Assembly: GCA_012295275.1 (NCBI GenBank)
Contig: CM022670.1
Location: 32,736,001 to 32,800,000, forward strand
DNA from: Chrysomallon squamiferum
Taxonomy: Eukaryota; Animalia; Mollusca
Length of the DNA stretch: 64,000 nt
Reading direction: 5' to 3'
Shown here in pieces: positions 55,236 to 64,000 of the stretch. The position numbers were made by a program, and so were the translations under genes. Position 1 is the first letter of the stretch. Each line of letters opens with the position of its first letter. The notes under the pieces are model-generated. The model was not told the DNA's origin and made no database searches. It saw only the letters and a program-made list of their open reading frames with translations.

Positions 55236-58200
55236 TTATTATTATTTTTTTGTTATTATAATTTTTATGTATATTGCTATTTTTATTTATTTTGTTGGTT
55301 TGAATGTAGGACATCTGACTCATTAAATCTGAGTACTTTGACATTTCAATGACTAATAATATATATTTAAACAGTTTTAAAACTGATATAGTTTGTGAAC
55401 AAATATTTTGCCTCCAGAATGTAAATGAAAAAAAGAGAAAAAGACGAAAATTGTGGGTCAATAATGTTACAGTACTTGAGGTGTTGTGTATTTGCACAAA
55501 AATGCATCACAGCTTGAGGCATTGACTTGCATTGTTTCTGTATATTTCTGTTTTGTATAAAAATATGTTGAAGTCAGATTAAAGTTGGTCATCATGTAAG
55601 TGAATTATTTATGAGGAATGATAGTTGCTAATCAGTCATATTTATTATTTTAAAATTAAAATCATAATTTTAAAAAATATTTATTTATTTTGCCATAATG
55701 ATTAAACTTGTTTCAAAAGGTATAACTGTTACCTGATCTAAACTTTAACACAAATAATGCTTGATATTTAATATTTTATTTAAAATAGCTACTAGCTGTT
55801 AACAGATATTTTTATCACTCACATAAAATAAAATAAAAAGAAAAATCTGTAAGAGAATTCAATCTATAGAAAATGTGTTCTGTTTTACATTTACATTAGA
55901 TAGCAATTAATGAATTACAAAAACCCTAATAGACATATTCAGTTTTGAATAGTTCATTTACATTTCTCTGTTACTAATTTTATATTTTGTTTATTTTATT
56001 AACTTGTGCTACAAAACATTAAAATACCATAAAAAGTTAATATTGGTACTGATTGACACTTTTAATGGGTAATAATGTAATATGTTAAACAATTATTTTC
56101 TGTGAATTAAAGTGCAATTAAGTGTATGTGTGTCTGCGCATGTGTGTGTGTCTACTGTTTATATAAAGAGAGTTAAAAAGTAATAGCTATAATATATATC
56201 TCTTTATTTTCTTTATTAAATTAATATTAAATTTGTAGAGATCATTGTTAGGGATAGTTGGAATTAATTTGGCAGTCACAAATATATTAACTTAAAAAAA
56301 AATTCTGTTCTTTTCTTTGAGCTCTCTGAAACCTTTAATTTAATAGACACTTGTTTCCTGAACAATTCAGCAATTGTATGCTTAACTGTACTTGAATGAT
56401 ATATCTCACATAAAAAAAAAAGGTGTTGTTAAAAATAGATTCATCAGACTGAGCTTCCATGTTTTTGCCATTGGTTTCATTCCAGAGTGGTGAGTCACAG
56501 AATTACCTGATCTGCTTGTGTTGTTTCTCAGCAGTCTGTTTACTGCAGAACCCACCCCTTATTTCCTATATGGTTAGTCTTACATCATACTTTAAAAAAA
56601 AAAAAAAAACCTAAAAAAACCACATAAAAACCCACATAAACATTTTTTTTGATGCCTATAGAAACCACGCAATTTATAGATTTCTTAGCATGATACTTTT
56701 ATACACATTATAATTATATTTTTAATTTCAAATATTATTGGATGAATAGTATGTCATGTGACTATTTTTCTTGAAGACTCTAACAAGTTCATTGAACTTA
56801 TATTTGAGAACTTTAGAAGATTAAACAAAAAAACCCCCAAAAAACAACAACACATTGACATACTAAATTTATCAAAGGAAAAAAAGCAACAAAAAAGTTT
56901 TATTTATTTTTACTTGATAAAATGAATAGATTAAAAAAACAAAAGAAAACAAAACTACAACAAGCTCTTTTCATAATGAAATTACAAAGAATTTTCCAAA
57001 ACTTGTATTTAAATCCACAACGACATTTGTTTTATTTTTATTTTTGTTTTTTTGGTAGGCCAGTATTAACCTGTAGATATTACTTTTTTGTGTATATATG
57101 TCAATAACACATATAACATTCACACACATTTAAAATCATTAACCTCTGGTAACTTTAATGTGTATATTCCATATTTGTTAATTTAATAATCCTTAATCTG
57201 TAACGAAATAAAGGAACAGGAAAAATTTAGGAAAAGTAATTTGTCATTTTGACATTCCTAAAGTCTTTAAAGCAAATTAGGTTACTTGTCATCACCTATA
57301 AGTTACATTTCATTTCCTGACAATCCCAACATTTTTTTTCTTAATTTGTCTGTGACAACCTGTGTTATTTTAAATTTTTTATTAAAACCTTATTGTGTTT
57401 TTTTGTTTTTGTTTCTAGATTAGCTTTAGAATTGCTTTTGGTGATAAACCGTTTTGCTAGCTGCAGGAAATAAGACTGTTACTGACATTACATTTTAACA
57501 TCCATGGAGGATGAGAGTGCATGTTTTTAGCATTTGAATTCTTACTAGTTTTGTTGTTCTGTGCTAGTCTGAACTCTCAAGGGCATGCCATGTTGACCAT
57601 GTTTGTTAGCATGATGACATATTTATGATACACACAATACTGTACCTGGAAAATCTAAATGAACATTTGTACTTAAGCTGAATATTTGCTGTGTTTTTTT
57701 GTTTGCGTGTATGTGTGTTTGTGTCAATGACATATTTGTGAATTCACAATAAAGTACTTTAGAAACCCCAAAATTAGCAGATGTTGTCTTATAGCCACTA
57801 TTAATGATCACAGTTTAAGATACATTTTGGATCATTTTCTAAAAAGCACATTTTGTTTTTTATTAGTGTAAGATAATGTGTTTGCAAATAGGAATACCTA
57901 TCCAATTAAATTGTGAAAAATCATTAATTTTGTTGAACTTACAGAATAATATCTATTGTATTAGTTAATTTCATACAAAAGTATTGTTTATTTGCTTGTG
58001 TTCTATTTATAACTATTTGTAGAGAATGTCATTTCATACAAAAGGCATTAATTAGTAACACTAACACCATCAACTGCTGTCGTGTTTGATGTCTACAAGT
58101 TAATTTGGTAATGGATTAATTTTTCAGTTTTATGAAATCTGATTTTCAAAAGAGAAATCGCTGTTAACATATTAACTGACACATTCATTTATGTTAAAAT

Positions 58201-60213
58201 GATTATTATTAGTATGTTACATTTAATTTCAACTATTATAATGTGTAGATGTATAATGTAAATGTTAATGGAATTTATAATAACTGATGCTGCATTTATC
58301 ACTGTCTTCACCCTAAATTGAAAAGTGCAGATTTAACATAGAAAAAAAACCTGTATATTTTTTTAGCAAAAGAACCTGTTTTTTCTTCTTTTTTTTTTTT
58401 AACAAAAGAAACCATAGCAACAAGGTAGAAAACTAGGTAATAAATAATTGTGTCAGCTGGATTGTTTTACAGTTGAGTCAAGTTTAATAATAAATTTGAT
58501 TGTTTCTTAGAAGAACATGTTAATGAGTTATGTTGATAATGAGACTCCATGTAAATTTTATGACACAACATTTCTGTTGATTACAGCACATTAAATGAAC
58601 TTAACTGGAGAGAAAGTGAGGAGAAAAACATTAGAATCATAAATAAAAAAGATAGAAATTAGAAAACAAACTTGTATCTTGTTCGGTGATGAAATAAAAA
58701 CAGTATTATGAAATTTAACAAGATAAATAACTGGTTTTCTCTGCAAATGTATCCACACTGGTAGATCATAAAACACCTGCTGGTCTACAGTTAAAGAAAT
58801 GATCAAACCAAAACACTCTTGAGCATAGACTGATAGAGACATGAGTAATAGATTCTTGACGCAAGCATACATGTGAACTGCAGTTGTGAACAGCACGCTT
58901 GCTGTATTTATAGCTGATACACAGTGAGATGAGAGTGTGGGATTCACTAAGTCCATAAAGTTCTAATCAACATACAAGTTTACTATCACATAAATGTATG
59001 CAGTATTCCTAAACAACCATAATAAATTTGTGTGTATATGATTTTTTTCTTTGCATTATTATTTTTATATTTTCCTCTTGTGGAAAGATATATAACAGAA
59101 CCTTGGAATGTGTTCTAAGAGGAACTGTAATGAAAACAATGATGGCTCAGTGTTAGTGATAGTACTGACTGAAAGAAATTGATTGGAAATAAAAGTAGGC
59201 CAGTGGCTGTTTCAATGCTTACAGGTTTGAAGTTTTATACTTCAGTAGAAAATTAACCTAGCATCTACTTCAGATAATGTTTTTGTTTACTTGAATTATC
59301 TATTTACTAGATTTAGGTTAAGGATTGCAGTAGTGGTTTTATTATTAAATGCATTATTGCCATGTATAAAATAACTGGTCACTTAAATAATTATTCTTCT
59401 TTATCAAGATTACTGGTTTGTCCATATTGTTAGCCCATATTATGTTGCTTTTTCTCTTTTAAATGAAAAAGATAATACTGGAATGAAATGCAGGCATTCA
59501 GACAGGTGAATCGACACTTGTGTGTAAGCAGTTGGTTCCTTGCGTCAGTAATTTCCAGTTATTGATTCTGTACAGCACCAATGAGAAAACTGGTCTGTCT
59601 TCACAAAACAGATTTGTTTAATGCAACTTGGTCTTCATTTGGCTTCCTTGCTAAGGCAGTCACATGGACAACTTTTAACTTTATTCGTCATTTGTAGCAG
59701 TCTCCTGCCCACACTAGTCTTTATGTGAATTAAGGTTAATAATCAAGCTGAATCAAGAACTGATGATATATGTCATAAGTAATGATTCTTGGAAGTGTAA
59801 CAAGTCTTCGTTAGTGGTAGAACATCAGATTGTTTTGCAGAGACCTAAAGTTGAAGCAGTTACAGATTTGATCTCCATCGATATGTGTTTAACTGCTGAA
59901 CATATGTTGGACAACTGACATTCCTCAACATAAATATCTGATTCTATAATCATTTAGATTTGGACACAATCTGAAAAGATGATGTTTTTTCACACTCTAA
60001 TGACATTGTTGTTGTGTCTGTTTTAGAAAAGACACTACACATTTTGTTTTAAATATTTAAGTGAGATTTTTTAATTCCAATGCTGAAGAAAAACTGTAAT
60101 GGAAGCATGTAAAATCCCTGGCTATAAAATGTTGAATTTACTTATTCAAACAACATAATTTAATTATTTAAAAAAAAAAATGGGTTAAAATAAAATTTCT
60201 CAAACTTAGTGTT

Positions 60214-60399
60214 ATGGAAAACGAGCAAAAAAATATTCGGCGTGGCTTGGTGAAGCAGGAATCGAATTTAAGTGAATCAACCATTTTTGATGAGGAGGTG
60301 CCTGTTATAGTGCGTAGAAGAGGATGTATGCTGCGAGTACGCATTACATCTTTTACTGATACAGAATCGGATGGTGATACATCTGAAGTTCAACATACA
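60214..60399 (+). CDS. Probable alternative first coding exon of the SAM-like gene (62 aa)
   Basis: GC-richer, protein-like ORF MENEQKNIRRGLVKQESNLSESTIFDEEVPVIVRRRGCMLRVRITSFTDTESDGDTSEVQHT ending at a GTATGT donor in phase 0, the same phase as the 53672 donor. Confidence 0.65.
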
Positions 60400-61352
60400 G
60401 TATGTATATAAATTCCATATTTTATAATGAATATTTTGTCATTATAAAGGTACATGTTTATTAAAATTGTTGGGTTATAGATCCTTTTGTTTATATTACA
60501 TTATTACCTTACATTATGTGTTCATAAAAGGATTAAAGAAAAGTACTTGTAAAACAATGAATAATATGATGTTTGCTTTTTCAACAAAATACATTTATTT
60601 ATTATTATTATTACTGAAAGAGAAAATGAGCATTTATATTGTTCCATAATTTCTGAGACATGTAGGATACTTTGCTTTTAAACTTCAGAAACTGGTTTTA
60701 GTTTTTAGTCTGTACTTTTCAGTGTAATCTATAATAAATTTCTCCTTTTATTTGCTATTTTGTTGACATGCAGCAATTACCATTTTAGACCATAACATAA
60801 GTCTTTATAAAGGGGTGTATGTGTGTGTACACATACACAGACCTTTATAGTTTCAAATAATTGGGATATTGTTTTTTTTGAAATAGTTACCAATAAAGGT
60901 AATTTTTTGTTTCTATATTCCATTCTTTTGTAGATCTACAGATTAATTTTATTTAGTCCTTTTACTGAAAATATAACTACATGTTTGAATCCACAAACAT
61001 AATTTATATATATACCATTTTAATATTTACCAATACATCTCCAAAATAATTATGTGCGTGTCAAGAAAGAATAATTTTATTATTATTAATTTTTTAATCC
61101 CTAGAGTTGTAATCATTTTATTATATATAAGTAATAAAGAAAACTTTGAATTATCTTTCATATTTTATGTATAAGTAATGTTGATGATGATAATACAAAT
61201 AATACCAAATTTTAATTAAATACATATATTTTAAATAGCTTTTTAAATAAAAACATTTAACCAAATCTGATAACACAAAGTTCATATACAGATTACTGAT
61301 GGTGACAAAACAAATATTCTTGTCCCGTTTACCTACTGTTCTACTTCTGCAG

Positions 61353-61372
61353 AATATTAAGTGTTTTCAGAG
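61353..61372 (+). CDS. Candidate 20-nt microexon of the SAM-like gene
   Basis: Long pyrimidine tract ending ctgcag, then AATATTAAGTGTTTTCAGAG and a GTAGGT donor. Open in phase 0 (NIKCFQ-R). Confidence 0.35.
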
Positions 61373-64000
61373 GTAGGTGAATAACCTTCTTAATCATCTG
61401 TATTGCTTAAAATGCTTTTGTCTGTATCTGGAAAACATTCAAGTTTCAACAAAAAAAATAATAATAAACTATAAAAAAAATAAAAAAAAAAAAAAATAAA
61501 CTAATAAAAAAATATAAACGAAACAAAAAATAAAAGAGAAAATAAAATAATAATAAAAAAGTAATAATAAAAGGAAAACAGAAAAACAATATTAAAAAAA
61601 AAAAAAAAAAAAAAAAAAGAAAGATGAACAAAGGTTTTTATTATAGTAATGAGAATTGTCTTAACCACAAAACCAGAATTTCCCAAACCATAAAAGCAAT
61701 CATTAGGTTGCACTCCAACAAGCTAAACCAGATTTCTTTTACTATTTTGCACTGAACAGGAACATTAACATAGATGTTTATTACTGTTGAAAGTACAAGA
61801 AAGTCTTAAGACAACTTTCAGAAGACTGATTTTTCTTTTTTACACATAGTTTGGTTGAATGCATTTAGAGATTAATACATAAATAATTGTTATGTATAAT
61901 AATTAATCCTTAAAGTGCAACCAAAATGTTTCTTTTTGAAAAACAACAGAAAAATAAACAAAAAAACTACAAAACAAAAATAATTACACTCAAAATAACG
62001 AAAGGAAAGAAAATCCCTAAAACCAAACCAAACATGCAAAAATAAAGCCAAAACAATACAACCCTGCAAAAAAATCTTAAACCCCAAACCAGAAAAAAAC
62101 CCTATTCCACAAAACACAACAAAGTGAAATAAAGTCGGAACAAATGCAGAAGAAGCGTAATAAAATTAAGGATCAAATATGTGTATGTTGACAAGTGAAT
62201 TCTTATGACACATTAGCTGTAATGATTTTTCATTCTCAAATGACAATTGTGATATTTCTTTTATATCTTTAAACATCTTTCTTGTGATGAAAATAAAAAT
62301 AAGTCATTTTGTCACTGTCTAAAAACTAATGGATATTTTTTTTTTAGATGTATGATTTCTTTTAAAATATCCTTTTTGAATAGTTAATGTCATCATTTCT
62401 ACAGGAGGGTAACAGAAAATAGGTTTCATATTTTGCAATTAGTTAAAAGATCACTGTATAATAAATTATATGGTTTTAAAGCAATGTATTTTCAGTTTTT
62501 AAGAATTCAGAAAACCATTGGTTTTTGCTTAGAGATACTTTTCTACTAAAGAATTTCAGATTTGATTTAATTATGCAATTTATAATAAATAAAATGATAT
62601 TTTGTTTGATAATATTATGTGTCAAATGAATTGGTTTTCAGTTTAATATCTATGTTTAATCTTGTGTTTTTGTTAACTGCATATGAGAAATTGTTATGAA
62701 ATGCCAAAAAATAATATCGGTAATTCTGGAATGGCATAGAATTGGGGTATTATATCTAACTGGCAGAAACCAACATGTATACTTACAGCTATCATTCTTG
62801 GAATATTTCCATGGTGCAGATCTGAAGGTATAACATTGCTCTATGTTGAATATGAAGTCAAATGCAGCATGTACATTCCAACTTGTTGATCAACTTTTTT
62901 GTATCTACGCATTTACTGTTTCAGATACAAATATATAGAAACATTCCTCATTATAATAATCTTTCTTTTTTCAATCACTGTTAAAAGATAACATTGTTTT
63001 CATTTGACCATAGATATTTTTTCTTTCATTTTTGTATCCTCGATCTTTATACATTTTAACTGAAATTATTATTATTTCTTTTTGTACTTGTTTATAAACT
63101 GTTGCCTTTTGTTACAAGATACAAATATCTTGAAAAGAAAATCAAAAAGCTACAGTTAATTATTTAAATGTTTAATTGACATTTTTAATCATATTTTGAT
63201 ATGATCATTACACTTGAATAAAGTGAATTTAATTTTTCTCACATCTAACAGGAATATTGGTTTTAATATATAGTATGTGTATATATATATATATACACAC
63301 ACACATTGTAACTTTAAATAATGTACATAAAAAATTAACTTTTTCAGATAAATGTTTCAGGTTTTTTGCAAAAGGAAGTGCATATAGTTCATAAAACTTC
63401 ATTTGTATTTTTTATTACCTGTCTTTTTTTGTACTATCCTAATATTTTTGGAAAACTGTTGTATGAAAACTATTTAAAAACAAACACTACAAAATGACAT
63501 GAAGAAAATCTTGGAAAAAAGATCTATTCTTTTCATATAACCTTTATACAACTCTCTATTGTTTCAAAATACGAATGAAAAATGTATTATTCTTATCATA
63601 ACCATTTGTTAGAAAAAAATAAATTAGTCCTGGTTTTTTATGGAAACAAAAGGGAAATTTCCATCAATTTTCAATTCTGTAACATAAAAAATAAATATTT
63701 TTTATTTTTGCCACATGTGTCCCCTTAAAACTTTTTATGTTGGTTTTCATTTAGATATTCATTTATTATTTTGGTTCATCACAGTCTGAATTACAGGTAT
63801 GTACATACATACATCAAAACATGTAAATTTTAAAATTTTAAAATGAGTTTTCAGATGGAAATTCCTAATTCCATTTTTTTCTTTATTCTATAGTGCTTCA
63901 AGTCTAATACTTTAAAAAAAAAATATATATATATATTTTAATGTATTACAGTCATTAACAGTCTGTTACTAATAATTTTTGGAAGGTTAATTAACACAGT

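Noticed and set aside
58591-58956. 121-aa minus-strand ORF inside the SAM-like gene intron
   Set aside because: No motif or splice support. The moderately GC-richer stretch could be regulatory or UTR sequence upstream of the 60214 exon.

Overview
Very AT-rich, intron-rich eukaryotic DNA from an invertebrate animal, probably a lophotrochozoan such as a mollusc (inferred from composition and gene structure, not proven). Four protein-coding genes can be spliced by hand with GT-AG introns and consistent phases. (1) A large CCDC17 orthologue lies on the minus strand (ATG at 35373, at least 27 coding exons, about 1380 aa visible, running off the left edge) and carries a roughly 700-aa multi-C2-like C-terminal extension beyond the vertebrate protein. 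(2) A complete 5-exon mago nashi/MAGOH gene lies on the minus strand. (3) A complete 7-exon WDR83/MORG1 gene lies on the plus strand, head-to-head with MAGOH (331 bp between the ATGs). (4) The 5' part of an unidentified gene with a disordered N-terminus and a SAM-like domain lies on the plus strand, with a probable alternative first exon. The most striking feature is hidden in two long CCDC17 introns: a bank of phase-matched alternative terminal exons. It includes a duplicated pair sharing a PxQxIxxYSNIDxxTxRxxDW motif, a His/CxxC tail, a 360-codon read-through tail and a frame-preserving exon with an internal stop. Most short ORFs in the supplied track are low-complexity intron noise. No rRNA, tRNA, CRISPR array or intact transposon was recognised.
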